A stretch of DNA of 64,000 nt from Planctomycetota bacterium (GTDB lineage Bacteria > Planctomycetota > UBA1135 > UBA2386), in the NCBI GenBank assembly GCA_046290465.1, contig JBKAGP010000001.1:6464001-6528000 (forward strand), written 5' to 3'. Position numbers and translations under genes: made by a program. How positions within the stretch are numbered: the first letter of the stretch is position 1; the number at the start of each line of letters is the position of its first letter. Below the pieces are notes generated by a model. It ran no database searches, was not told the origin of the DNA, and saw only the letters and a program-made list of their open reading frames with translations. Below are positions 1 to 9,336 of this stretch, in pieces.

Positions 1-763
1 GTTCCTTGGCGAAGCCGGCGATGCCGGCGCCGCGCTCTTGCAGCAGCAGCAGGCCCTCGGCGGCGGCCAGGCGCACGCCGTCGTCGCCGTGCTCGAGGCC
101 GCCGATCAGGCGCGCCAGCGCGCCGGGGCACGGCGCGCGACCGAGCATGCGCCAGGTGTCGCGCCAGACCGCGCGGCCGGCGGCCTCGCGCTCGGTCGCC
201 AGGTCCTGCAGCATCGTCGACAGCTCGGCGCTGGCGTGGCTCTCGGCGCCGAACGCGCGCTGCAGCGGCATGTCGACGAACGCGAACTTCAGCAGCAGGC
301 GGTTGCCGGTGTCGGCGTCGACGACGCCCGCCGCGATCGCGCGGGCGAGCACGTTCTGGTCGCACATCGCGGCCTCGAGGTGCAGCACCACGTTGGTGCG
401 CAGCACCTCGACGAGCAGGCGTGAGGTCGCCTCGCCGAGCGGCAGGAAGCTCAGGCTGCGCAGCAGCATCGCGCGTTCTTCGATGTCGCCGTGCGCGAAC
501 ACGTCGACCAGTTCTTCGCCGGTGGCCTCGATCGAGGCGCACAGGAACGCCGCCACCAGATCGCAGGTGCGGAACGCGTCGAGGTCGACCACGACGTCGC
601 CGAACTCGCGGCGGCCGCCGCCGACCGGATCCTTGCCGAAGCGGCGCGGCAGGCCCGGAAACACGACGGGCAAACGACTTCGGTCGTCGCGCAGCTCGGC
701 GACGACGGCCTCGGCCAGGTCGGCCGTGGGGCCGAGGAGATGGCGCAGTTCGGACGTGGACAT
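1..763 (-). CDS. EboA-like domain protein with C-terminal HEAT-like repeat (partial, runs off window start)
   Basis: Hand translation from ATG 763 (not in the ORF track) gives MSTSELRHLL...GDIEERAMLLRSLSFLP...VLRTNVV...LLLKFAFVDMPL...LSTMLQDLATEREAAGRAVW...LEHGDDGVRLAAAEGL. The RTN, LKxxF and ERxAAGR motifs match EboA as I recall it. Confidence 0.7.
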   Translation of the reverse strand, partial: MSTSELRHLLGPTADLAEAVVAELRDDRSRLPVVFPGLPRRFGKDPVGGGRREFGDVVVDLDAFRTCDLVAAFLCASIEATGEELVDVFAHGDIEERAMLLRSLSFLPLGEATSRLLVEVLRTNVVLHLEAAMCDQNVLARAIAAGVVDADTGNRLLLKFAFVDMPLQRAFGAESHASAELSTMLQDLATEREAAGRAVWRDTWRMLGRAPCPGALARLIGGLEHGDDGVRLAAAEGLLLLQERGAGIAGFAKE

Positions 764-841
764 GCGGGGGAACACCATAGCGGCTGGCGTCGGCGCCGTC
801 ATCTGCGGTGGGGGAAGACCCCCTGCTGAGGGTAAGTCCCG

Positions 842-870
842 TCAAGCGAGGGGGCGCAGGCCTCCGATAT
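842..870 (+). promoter_or_regulatory. Candidate sigma28-like promoter (TCAAG-N17-CCGATAT)
   Basis: TCAAG 842-846 and CCGATAT 864-870, ending 7 nt before ATG 878. Similar motifs at 13401 and 33081. Confidence 0.4.
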
Positions 871-877
871 TGCCAGC

Positions 878-1369
878 ATGGCTGACCCTGCAGCGAGAGA
901 CGAGAGCCCCGCCCCGAATGGCTGCGAACCCGGACGTAGCCGCGTGCTGCTGGTCGAGGACGACGATCTCGACGTGATCGCGTTCCACCGGGTGATGGCG
1001 TCGCTCGGGCTCGACATCGAACTGCAGCGGGCCCGCAACGCCATCGAGGCGTTCGAGATGCTGCGCCTGCAGCTCGAGGAGGGCCGCTCGGAGAGCATGC
1101 TGATCGTGCTCGACCTCAACATGCCGAGCATGAACGGCATCGAGTTCCTGGCGCAGCTGCGCGCCGACCCGGCGCTGCGCAGCTCGGTGGTGTTCGCGTT
1201 CACGACCTCGGACTCGCCGGACGACATGCGCCGCTGCTTCGAGCACAACGTCGCCGCGTACCTGACCAAGGAGGTCGACGAGGACTCGACCCGCAAGCTG
1301 GCCGAGCTGATCGAGGTCTACCTCCGCACCGTCCGCATGCCCCGCATCGAAGCGGTGCCCGCGTCCTGA
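878..1369 (+). CDS. Single-domain response regulator (Rcp1-like receiver)
   Basis: VLLVEDDDLD, LIVLDLNMP (phospho-Asp), FTTS, AYLTK; no output domain. Confidence 0.92.
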   Translation: MADPAARDESPAPNGCEPGRSRVLLVEDDDLDVIAFHRVMASLGLDIELQRARNAIEAFEMLRLQLEEGRSESMLIVLDLNMPSMNGIEFLAQLRADPALRSSVVFAFTTSDSPDDMRRCFEHNVAAYLTKEVDEDSTRKLAELIEVYLRTVRMPRIEAVPAS

Positions 1370-2643
1370 TGGTCGACCCGACGCGGCGCGACCTGCTGCG
1401 CGGCGGTGTCGCCGCGCTCGCGGCCACCGCGGCGGCCAAGGCCGGCCCGCGCGGTCCGTTCCTGGTGGTGCCGCGCCGTCGCCGCCTGCGCGTGCTCGGC
1501 ACGCACGTGACGCTGCGCGAGGAGATCCGCCGCAAGGCCGAACAGGACCTCGGCATCGACATCGAGTTCCACCCCGGCGGCGACGCCCAGATCCTGCAGC
1601 GCGCGTCGACGCGGCCGCACAGCTTCGACGTGTTCGAGCAGTGGTCCAACACGATCCGCGTGCTGTGGCACGCCGAGGCGATCCAGGGCCTCGACGTCGC
1701 GCGCATCGAGGCGTGGGACGAGGTCAGCGACCTGACCAAGGTCGGCAGGATCCAGGCCGGCGCCCGCATCGGTCGCGGCGACGCGCCGCACAAGCTGCTG
1801 CACGTGCAGCCCGACGGATCGCTCGGCACCGCGGCCAGCGACCGCGTCAGCTTCCTGCCCTACGTGCACAACGTCGACTCGTTCGGCTACAACGCCGAGC
1901 ACGTCGACGAGGGCGAGCCGTACCGCACCGAGAGCTGGGGCTGGCTGCTCGACGAACGCAACCACGGTCGGGTGGCGCTTGCCAACGAGCCGACCATCGG
2001 CCTGTTCGACGCGGCGCTGGCGGTCGAGGCGCGCGGGCTGATGAAGTTCGGCGACCTCGGCGCGATGACCCGCGACGAGGTCGACCGGCTGTTCGACATC
2101 CTGGTCGAGAAGAAGCGCCAGGGCCACTTCTACGGCGTCTGGCGTTCGGTGCCGCAGTCGGTGCAGCTGATGCGGGACCACCGCGTCGTGATCGAGAGCA
2201 TGTTCTCGCCGGCGGTCGCCGAGCTGCGCGCCGGCGGCACGCCGGTGCACTACGCCGCGCCGCGCGAGGGCTACCGGGCGTGGCACGGCGTCATGTGCCT
2301 GTCGTCGCAGGTCTCCGAGGAGGCCCGGGACGCCGCCTACGAGTTCATGAACTGGTGGCTGAGCGGCTGGGCCGGCGCCTGCATCGCGCGGCAGGGCTAC
2401 TACATCTCGGTGCCCGACCGCGCCCGCGCGTTCCTGTCGCCGGCGGAGTGGAGCTACTGGTACGAGGGCCTGCCGGCGCAGCAGGACCTGCCCGGACCCG
2501 ACGGCCGCACGGTCGCGCGCCGCGGCGAGCGTCGCCGCGGCGGCAGCTACCAGGAGCGCTTCTCCAACATCGCCGTCTGGAACACGGTGATGGACACCTA
2601 CGAGCACAGCATGCTGCGCTGGAGCGAGTTCCTGAGCGCCTAG
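1369..2643 (+). CDS. Tat-exported extracellular solute-binding protein (PotD/PotF-like fold)
   Basis: N-terminal TRRDLLRGG Tat motif; NVDSFGYN, ESWGWLLD, PREGYRAW, AYEFMNWWL. Start overlaps the RR stop codon. Confidence 0.8.
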   Translation: MVDPTRRDLLRGGVAALAATAAAKAGPRGPFLVVPRRRRLRVLGTHVTLREEIRRKAEQDLGIDIEFHPGGDAQILQRASTRPHSFDVFEQWSNTIRVLWHAEAIQGLDVARIEAWDEVSDLTKVGRIQAGARIGRGDAPHKLLHVQPDGSLGTAASDRVSFLPYVHNVDSFGYNAEHVDEGEPYRTESWGWLLDERNHGRVALANEPTIGLFDAALAVEARGLMKFGDLGAMTRDEVDRLFDILVEKKRQGHFYGVWRSVPQSVQLMRDHRVVIESMFSPAVAELRAGGTPVHYAAPREGYRAWHGVMCLSSQVSEEARDAAYEFMNWWLSGWAGACIARQGYYISVPDRARAFLSPAEWSYWYEGLPAQQDLPGPDGRTVARRGERRRGGSYQERFSNIAVWNTVMDTYEHSMLRWSEFLSA

Positions 2644-2659
2644 GCCGGGCGATCCGACC

Positions 2660-4501
2660 ATGAAGCTGACGTCGAAGATCCGCGTGGGATTCCTGGTGGT
2701 GCTCGGCCTGCACATCGCGGTCGCCGCGATGGCGCACGTCGGCCAGGAGCGCGCGCAGCGGGACCTGTCGCGGGTGGAGGACGGCAACCGCCTGACGCGC
2801 AGCATGCTCGAGGTCGACCGCCTCGTCGGGGTGCTGCGCGGTGCCGTGCAGGGCTATACGTTCTCGGGCAACCAAGGCCTCGCCGTGCGCGGCGAACGGA
2901 CCTACGAAGAGCTGGTGCACCGCCTCGAGGAGGTCGAGCGCATGCTGTCCGAGGAGCGGGCCGCCGAGGTCGCCGCCATGGCCGCGTCGCTGGCGAGCTA
3001 TGCCGCGAACTTCCGCGCCGCAGTCGAGGACCGCACCCGACGCGAGCAGTTGGTGCAGGAGGACCTGCCGGCGCTGGCCCGCCGCTCCGACGGCCTGCAG
3101 GCCGACCTGCAGGCGCAGCTGCGCGCCGAGGCCGGCGGCGACGATCCGGCCGGACGCAGCCGCGCGCTGCGCGAGGCCGCGCGGCTGCTACTGGTCGCGC
3201 AGAACGGGGCACACCAGTACCTGGTGCAGCTCGACAGCGAGGCGATGCGCCGCGCCAACGCGGCGATCGCGTCCCTGCGCGATCAGCTCCGCGCCTACCC
3301 GGACCTGCTGCTCGCGTTCGATCCGGTCGCCTCCGAGTACGAACGCGTGCTGCTCGGCCTGGTGCAGTCGACGCGCGGCTACCTGCACCTGGTGCACGTC
3401 GTGATGGCCGCCGAGGCCGTCGAGTTCCTGCGCGCGTCGGCCGAGCTGCGCGAGGCCGCCAAGCAGCGCGTCGAGCTGCTGCAGGCCGGCATCCGCCGCC
3501 AGCAGGAGGACTACCGGATGTGGAGCAACGTCGTCTCGGTCGTCACGATCGTGCTGGGTCTGCTCGCCGGGGCCGTGCTCGGCCGGCTGGTGGTGGGGCC
3601 GCTGCAGGCGATCACGGCGACGCTGCGGCGGCTGCGCCGCGGCGAGCCGGCCGAGATCCCGGGCCTCGACCGCAGGGACGAGATCGGCGACATGGCCAGC
3701 GCGGCGCAGCAGCTCAGGGAGCGCAGCGCCGAGGCCGAGCGCCTGACCCGCGAACAGGAGCGCATGATCGAGGACCTCGAGCGCAGCAACCGCGACCTCG
3801 ACGACTTCACCCGCATCGCTTCGCACGACCTGAAGGCGCCGCTGCGCGCGATCGCGACGATCGCACGCTGGATCGAGGAGGACTGTGGCGAGCAGCTGCC
3901 GGAGCTCGCGCGCGGCCACCTGGAGCGGCTCAACCAGCGGGTGGTGCGCACAAGCCGGCTGCTCAGCGACCTCAAGTCCTACTCCAAGCTGACCCGCGGC
4001 GACGAGGCTCACGAGCGCGTCGACGTCTGCGAACTGCTGCGCGACCTGTCGCGCATGTCCGGCGAGGTGGCGTTCCCGTGTGAGCTGCGCGCGCCCGACC
4101 AGGTGATGATCACGACCGTGCCGGTGGCGTTGACGCAGGTGGTCGGCAACCTGCTGGCGAACTCGGTGCGCCACCACGACCGGCCCGAGGGCAACGTCGT
4201 GCTCGAGGTCGTGCAAGAACCCGGTGCGGTGACGATCACGGTCACCGACGACGGTCCCGGCATCCCGCCCGAGCACCACGAGCGCGTGTTCGCGCCGTTC
4301 CAGACGCTGCACCCGCGCGAGGACCAGGAGAACAGCGGCCTCGGCCTGGCGATCGTGCGCAGCCTGGTCGACCGGAACGGCGGCGAGCTGTCGCTCGAGT
4401 CACCGGTGCAGAACGGCCGCGGCGCCCGCTTCGTGGTGCGCTGGCCGGACGCCGCGGCGTCGGCCCCGGCCCCGGCCGAGCCGGTCTGTGTCGCGACGTA
4501 A
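2660..4501 (+). CDS. Membrane sensor histidine kinase (2 TM, periplasmic helical domain, HAMP, HisKA, HATPase)
   Basis: RRDEIGDMA (HAMP), IASHDLKAPLRAI (H box), NLLANSVRH, DDGPGI, GLGLAIV. Confidence 0.95.
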   Translation: MKLTSKIRVGFLVVLGLHIAVAAMAHVGQERAQRDLSRVEDGNRLTRSMLEVDRLVGVLRGAVQGYTFSGNQGLAVRGERTYEELVHRLEEVERMLSEERAAEVAAMAASLASYAANFRAAVEDRTRREQLVQEDLPALARRSDGLQADLQAQLRAEAGGDDPAGRSRALREAARLLLVAQNGAHQYLVQLDSEAMRRANAAIASLRDQLRAYPDLLLAFDPVASEYERVLLGLVQSTRGYLHLVHVVMAAEAVEFLRASAELREAAKQRVELLQAGIRRQQEDYRMWSNVVSVVTIVLGLLAGAVLGRLVVGPLQAITATLRRLRRGEPAEIPGLDRRDEIGDMASAAQQLRERSAEAERLTREQERMIEDLERSNRDLDDFTRIASHDLKAPLRAIATIARWIEEDCGEQLPELARGHLERLNQRVVRTSRLLSDLKSYSKLTRGDEAHERVDVCELLRDLSRMSGEVAFPCELRAPDQVMITTVPVALTQVVGNLLANSVRHHDRPEGNVVLEVVQEPGAVTITVTDDGPGIPPEHHERVFAPFQTLHPREDQENSGLGLAIVRSLVDRNGGELSLESPVQNGRGARFVVRWPDAAASAPAPAEPVCVAT

Positions 4502-4554
4502 TTGCGCGGGATCCTGACGCGACTTGGCCGGCGTCGTTGGCTAGGGTGCTGGCG

Positions 4555-5676
4555 ATGGATTTCCCCGCCTGGGACCCGGTCCTGTTCGACATCCCGTACC
4601 TGCCGATCGCGATCCGCTGGTACGGCCTGATGTACGTGGTCGGCTTCCTGTGCGCGCAGTGGATCTTCGTGCGGCTGGCCCGGCGCGGCTTCTTCCCGGT
4701 GCCGCCCGAGAGCGCGCCGGACCTGATCTTCTACTGCGTGTTCGGCGTCATGCTCGGCGGCCGCACCGGCTATGCGCTGTTCTACGACCAGTCGCTGCTC
4801 AATCCGCTGGAGTTCCTGCAGGTGTGGAAGGGCGGGCTGGCGTTCCACGGCGGTCTCGCCGGCGTCTGCGTGGCGATCTGGCTGTTCTGCCGGCGCCACG
4901 GGATCGGCTGGGCGCGCGTCGCCGACGCCACCGCGCTGGGCGTCTGCCCGGGCATCTTCGCGGTGCGCTTCGCGAACTTCATCAACGGCGAGCTGTACGG
5001 GCGCAAGACCGAGCCGGACACCTGGGGCGCGATGCAGTTCCCGACCGATCCGGCGGCGTTGCGCGAGATGGGGCTGTCGGCGCCGGGGCTGACGATGCGC
5101 GACCGCGAGCTCGGCATCCAGGTCGCCTACGGCAAGCTCGACTTCGCCGACGTCGAGGCGGACCTCAGCAAGGTCGACGAGCTCGGCCGGCCGATCGACT
5201 GGAGCCGGATCGAGCCGAGGCTCGACTGGGAGGCCGTGCGCGATCGCATGGGGCCCGACGGCCTCGAGCACGTGGTGCCGTTCCGGCATCCGTCGCAGCT
5301 CTACGAGGGCATCTGCGAGGGCCTGCTGGTCGGCATCGCGCTGTGGATCCTCTACTCGCTGACGCGCAGCCGGCCGCTGCGCACCGGCCGCTACGCCGCG
5401 GTGTTCCTGCTCGGGTATGCGGTCGCGCGGTTCTGCCTCGAGTACGTGCGCAAGCCGGACGAGCAATTCTACGAAGGGGCCAACGACGGCACCGTGCTGT
5501 TCGGCATGACGATGGGGCAGACGCTGACGCTGGGCATGGTGATCGGGGCGCTGCTGATCCTGTGCTGGCCGCGCAAGCCGGAGGCCCCGTCGGGCCAGCA
5601 GGCTGGCGGTGGCCCGGATGGTGGCCCGGATGGTGGATCTGGGGGCGGCGACCCGCCCGCGGCAGCGAACGGCTAG
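4555..5676 (+). CDS. lgt: Prolipoprotein diacylglyceryl transferase
   Basis: IRWYGLMY, GGRTGYALFY, WKGGLAFHGG, RFANFINGELYG, RHPSQLYE; roughly 70-aa insertion before RHPSQLYE. Confidence 0.96.
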   Translation: MDFPAWDPVLFDIPYLPIAIRWYGLMYVVGFLCAQWIFVRLARRGFFPVPPESAPDLIFYCVFGVMLGGRTGYALFYDQSLLNPLEFLQVWKGGLAFHGGLAGVCVAIWLFCRRHGIGWARVADATALGVCPGIFAVRFANFINGELYGRKTEPDTWGAMQFPTDPAALREMGLSAPGLTMRDRELGIQVAYGKLDFADVEADLSKVDELGRPIDWSRIEPRLDWEAVRDRMGPDGLEHVVPFRHPSQLYEGICEGLLVGIALWILYSLTRSRPLRTGRYAAVFLLGYAVARFCLEYVRKPDEQFYEGANDGTVLFGMTMGQTLTLGMVIGALLILCWPRKPEAPSGQQAGGGPDGGPDGGSGGGDPPAAANG

Positions 5677-5782
5677 GGCGGCGGCGCCAATCGCAGCCCG
5701 GACTCTGGTTGCGGCCCCGGTCCGCGGGAATAATGGTGTTCGCTTCGGCGTCCCTGCCGGGCCGTCGAGGCATCCCAACCCT

Positions 5783-8677
5783 ATGTTGCGTAACCGTCTG
5801 CTGCTCCTTCTCGCGCTGTTGCTGCCGGCCGTGGCCTGCGACAACGTCGGCCGCGCCTTCGACCGCAACGTCGATCCCAACACGCCGGGCAACGAGACCG
5901 GCGAGTCGGAGATCCAGGTGGTCCCGGTCGGCGGCGACGCCCGCGACGGCCGGCCGCAGGTCCGCGAGGTCTACCCGCAGGGGTCGGGCTGGCCGACCAC
6001 GGTGCCGATCGTGGTCGAGTTCAGCGAGAGCATCAACGAGGCCTCGGTGCTGCCGACCTCGGCCAACGGCATCGACGGCCGCATCGGCGTGCGCGTGCAG
6101 GGCTCCACGCAGCTGCTGCCGGCGCAGTACGACTTCCTCGCCAACGGCAAACTGCTGATCATCCGGCCGCTCAACGGGCTGTCCAACGAGGGCCTGCCGA
6201 TCTACGAGATCGTGCTGTTCCCCGATGCGCGCGACGTCGACGGGGTGCGCTTCCAGGTCACCGGCGGTGAGACCGTGCTCGGCGACTTCCAGGTCAACCA
6301 GGGCGAGTCGATCGACGACGGCGCGATCGTCGCGGTGTTCCCGCGCGACAACTTCGGCGACCACCCGCGCGAGAACGACTTCTTCGTGATCTTCGACAAG
6401 CCGGCCAACGCCAGCACGCTCGACGCCGCCAACCTGTTCCTGCAGCCCGAGGGCGGCACGCCGATCACCACCGAGATCCGCACGCCGCTGGCGACGATCG
6501 GCGTCAACGACCCGCGCGTGGTGCAGATCGAGCCGAGCGCGACGCTGATGGCGTCGCAGCGCTACGAGTTCACCGTCACCGAGAACATCACGTTCGGCCA
6601 GACCGGCAACCTCGACTTCAACGGCCGCACGCCGTTCAGCGAGTTCGACACGGTGGCGCCGGCGCGGCCGACGCTGGTCGAGCTCGATTCGCCGCAGGCG
6701 GGCTTCCCCAACAAGATCAACGCCACCAACGTCGCGACCGTGCAGATCGCGGTGACGCCGCCGGCCGACGCGCTGCCGGGCGACACGGTGATCGCGCGCA
6801 TCTACGGCGGCGACGCCGAGACCACGCCGACGTTCGACGAGGCGTTCGTCGAACGCACCGGCACGGTCGTCACCGCGGGCACGCCGGTCGTGATCGACTT
6901 CTCCGGCACGCTCGGCACGGCCGCGTCGCCGCGGCTCGACGGCGGCGAGGTGACGTTCGCGGCGCAGCTGCAGCGCGGCAGCGAACGGTCGGGCTTCGCG
7001 CACAACGACGCCAACGCCGATCCGGAGTTCGACGTCACGCCGCCGACGCTGGTCTCGGCCGGTCCGCCCGGCACCGGCAACGACATCTACACCGACGGTG
7101 AGTGGCTGGCCTACTACGGCGTCGCCAGCGAAGAGCTGGCCGCCGCGACCATCGACGACGGCGTCAGCCCGACCGCCAACATCTTCGGCTCGAGTGCCGG
7201 CGGCCGCTTCCTGATGCTGCCGCTGCCGCTCGGTCGCCTGACCGCCAACCGCACCTACACGCTGACGCTGACCGACGCGTCGGGCAACACCAACGCGACC
7301 ACGTTCAGCGGCCAGGTCGTGCAGCAGGGCGTGCTGACCGGCGGTCTCGCCGGCACGCTGACGGTGGAGGTGTTCGACCACACGACGCTGCAGCCGGTGG
7401 CCGGCGCGACCGTGCTGGTCGACCCGGCGACGCCGGCGGTGCCCGCCACCGGCCAGCTGCTCGGCACCACCGACCAGGCCGGCACCGCGACGTTCACGAC
7501 CGGGCTGTCGTCGCACACGATCACGGTGATCCGGCCGGGCTACGACCTGATCACGATCGTCGACACGCAGGCGGCGAACGTCAGCCTGCCGCTGACGCCG
7601 ACCGCCGAGCCGACCGCGTCCTTGACCGGCAACCTGGCGTTCGAGCAGGCCGCCGGCCTGACGGCGATCGTCGGCAGCACCGCGGTCGCCGACCGCGATC
7701 CGATGGGCGTGCGCACGACCAATGCCTCGCCGACGGCGATCCCGGCGACGCCGATCACGCCGAACCGCGCGCAGATCCTGACCGCGTTCGGCGGCGGCTT
7801 CGAGCCGACCGCGACGCCGACCTACACGATCAGCGGCTGCCAGGTCTGTGGCGCGACCTTGACCGATCCGACCGCGCCGCCGGCGCCGGCCGAGGCCGGT
7901 GAGTCGTCGATCGCCAACTTCGTGCTGATCCCGGTGCCGCCGGTGGTCAGCCCCAACCCGCCGACCGACCCGACGCTGCTCGGGCCGCACATGGAGGACT
8001 TCGGTCTGGCCGCGGGCCTCGACACGTCCAACCTGGTCGGCGGCCTGCCGCGCGCGCGCACGACGATGTCGCTGCAGGGCTTCGTCGGCCAAGCGCTGAG
8101 CGGGGTCGGCGTGGTGACGCTGAACGCCGGCACCGTCTACGACGTCGACGCCAACTACTCGCTGCCGATCATCACCGGCCTGGCCGGCTACTCGCCGGTG
8201 TCGTGGCTGGTCAGCGAGGCCGAGGACACCAGCGGCAACGTCGCGCGCACCCGCGTGCTGCTCAACCCGGCGACCCAGACGATCATCACCGGCACCGGCC
8301 CGATCCCGATCCCGACGGTCACCGCCGGCACCTTCAGCAACCCGCCGGCGGTGACGTTCGTGGACGTCGTCGATGCGTCGACGGTGCTGACCGGCATCGG
8401 CTGCACCGACCTGACGATCACCGATCCGAACGGCCGCCGCTGGACCGTGCTGGTGACCGACCGCGACGACACCACCGGCACCAACGTCGTGCAGCTGCCC
8501 GACGTCGCCGCCTCGCCGAACGCGGGCCTCGCCGTCGGCGCGTGGTCGACCGTCGCCGAGTCGCGCGTGTTCGTGTCGATCACCGGCTCGACGACCGACG
8601 ACCTGGTGCTGACCGAACGGTTCCGCCAGGAGGTCAACTACTCGCGCTCGGCGGCGGCGACGCTGACCGTCAACTGA
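5783..8677 (+). CDS. Large Thr/Pro-rich lipoprotein with Ig-like and carboxypeptidase-regulatory-like beta domains
   Basis: Signal peptide MLRNRLLLLLALLLPAVA-C (lipobox-like); IVVEFSESIN (Big_5-like); PVAGATVLV...GTTDQAGTATF. Confidence 0.7.
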   Translation: MLRNRLLLLLALLLPAVACDNVGRAFDRNVDPNTPGNETGESEIQVVPVGGDARDGRPQVREVYPQGSGWPTTVPIVVEFSESINEASVLPTSANGIDGRIGVRVQGSTQLLPAQYDFLANGKLLIIRPLNGLSNEGLPIYEIVLFPDARDVDGVRFQVTGGETVLGDFQVNQGESIDDGAIVAVFPRDNFGDHPRENDFFVIFDKPANASTLDAANLFLQPEGGTPITTEIRTPLATIGVNDPRVVQIEPSATLMASQRYEFTVTENITFGQTGNLDFNGRTPFSEFDTVAPARPTLVELDSPQAGFPNKINATNVATVQIAVTPPADALPGDTVIARIYGGDAETTPTFDEAFVERTGTVVTAGTPVVIDFSGTLGTAASPRLDGGEVTFAAQLQRGSERSGFAHNDANADPEFDVTPPTLVSAGPPGTGNDIYTDGEWLAYYGVASEELAAATIDDGVSPTANIFGSSAGGRFLMLPLPLGRLTANRTYTLTLTDASGNTNATTFSGQVVQQGVLTGGLAGTLTVEVFDHTTLQPVAGATVLVDPATPAVPATGQLLGTTDQAGTATFTTGLSSHTITVIRPGYDLITIVDTQAANVSLPLTPTAEPTASLTGNLAFEQAAGLTAIVGSTAVADRDPMGVRTTNASPTAIPATPITPNRAQILTAFGGGFEPTATPTYTISGCQVCGATLTDPTAPPAPAEAGESSIANFVLIPVPPVVSPNPPTDPTLLGPHMEDFGLAAGLDTSNLVGGLPRARTTMSLQGFVGQALSGVGVVTLNAGTVYDVDANYSLPIITGLAGYSPVSWLVSEAEDTSGNVARTRVLLNPATQTIITGTGPIPIPTVTAGTFSNPPAVTFVDVVDASTVLTGIGCTDLTITDPNGRRWTVLVTDRDDTTGTNVVQLPDVAASPNAGLAVGAWSTVAESRVFVSITGSTTDDLVLTERFRQEVNYSRSAAATLTVN

Positions 8678-8681
8678 GTCC

Positions 8682-9326
8682 GTGATCGGCGTCGCGCTGC
8701 TGTCGGGCGGGCTCGATTCGGGCGTCGCCTCGGCCTGCTTCGCCGAACGGCCCGGTCACGAACTGCGCGCCGCGCTGTTCTGCGACTACGGCCAGCGCGC
8801 CGCCGCGCCGGAGCTGCGCGCCGCGAGAGGCCTGGCCGAACGGCTCGGCACGGTGCTGCATCACTACCAGCTGCCGTGGCTGCGCGATCTGGCGCAGCGC
8901 TCGGGGACCGCGTTGCTCGCCGGCAACGACGCGCCGCCGGCGGCGACCGCCACCGCACCCGGCGACGACGCCTCGGCGCGCGCGGTCTGGGTGCCGGCAC
9001 GCAACGCGGTGTTCGTGAGCATCGCCGCTGCGCTCGCCGAGACCGTCGGTGCCGATTGCGTGATCGCCGGCTTCAACCGCGAGGAGGCCGCGACGTTCCC
9101 CGACAACTCGCGCGCGTTCGTCGACGCGGCCACCGCCTTCCTGCAGCTCGGCACGCGCGACGGCCTGCACGTGCAGAGCCCGACGATCGACTGGGACAAG
9201 CCGCGCATCGTCGCCGAGGCGCAGCGACTCGGCTTCGGCGCCGACGACTTCTGGTCGTGCTACCACGGCGGTGCCGCGCCCTGCGGGCGATGCGAGTCGT
9301 GCGTTCGCAGCCGGTTCTCGCGATGA
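8682..9326 (+). CDS. queC: 7-cyano-7-deazaguanine synthase
   Basis: LSGGLDS PP-loop, DYGQR, WVPARNAVF, FPDNS, WSCY...PCGRCESC zinc motif. Confidence 0.93.
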   Translation: MIGVALLSGGLDSGVASACFAERPGHELRAALFCDYGQRAAAPELRAARGLAERLGTVLHHYQLPWLRDLAQRSGTALLAGNDAPPAATATAPGDDASARAVWVPARNAVFVSIAAALAETVGADCVIAGFNREEAATFPDNSRAFVDAATAFLQLGTRDGLHVQSPTIDWDKPRIVAEAQRLGFGADDFWSCYHGGAAPCGRCESCVRSRFSR

Positions 9327-9336
9327 TCGCGTCGGC

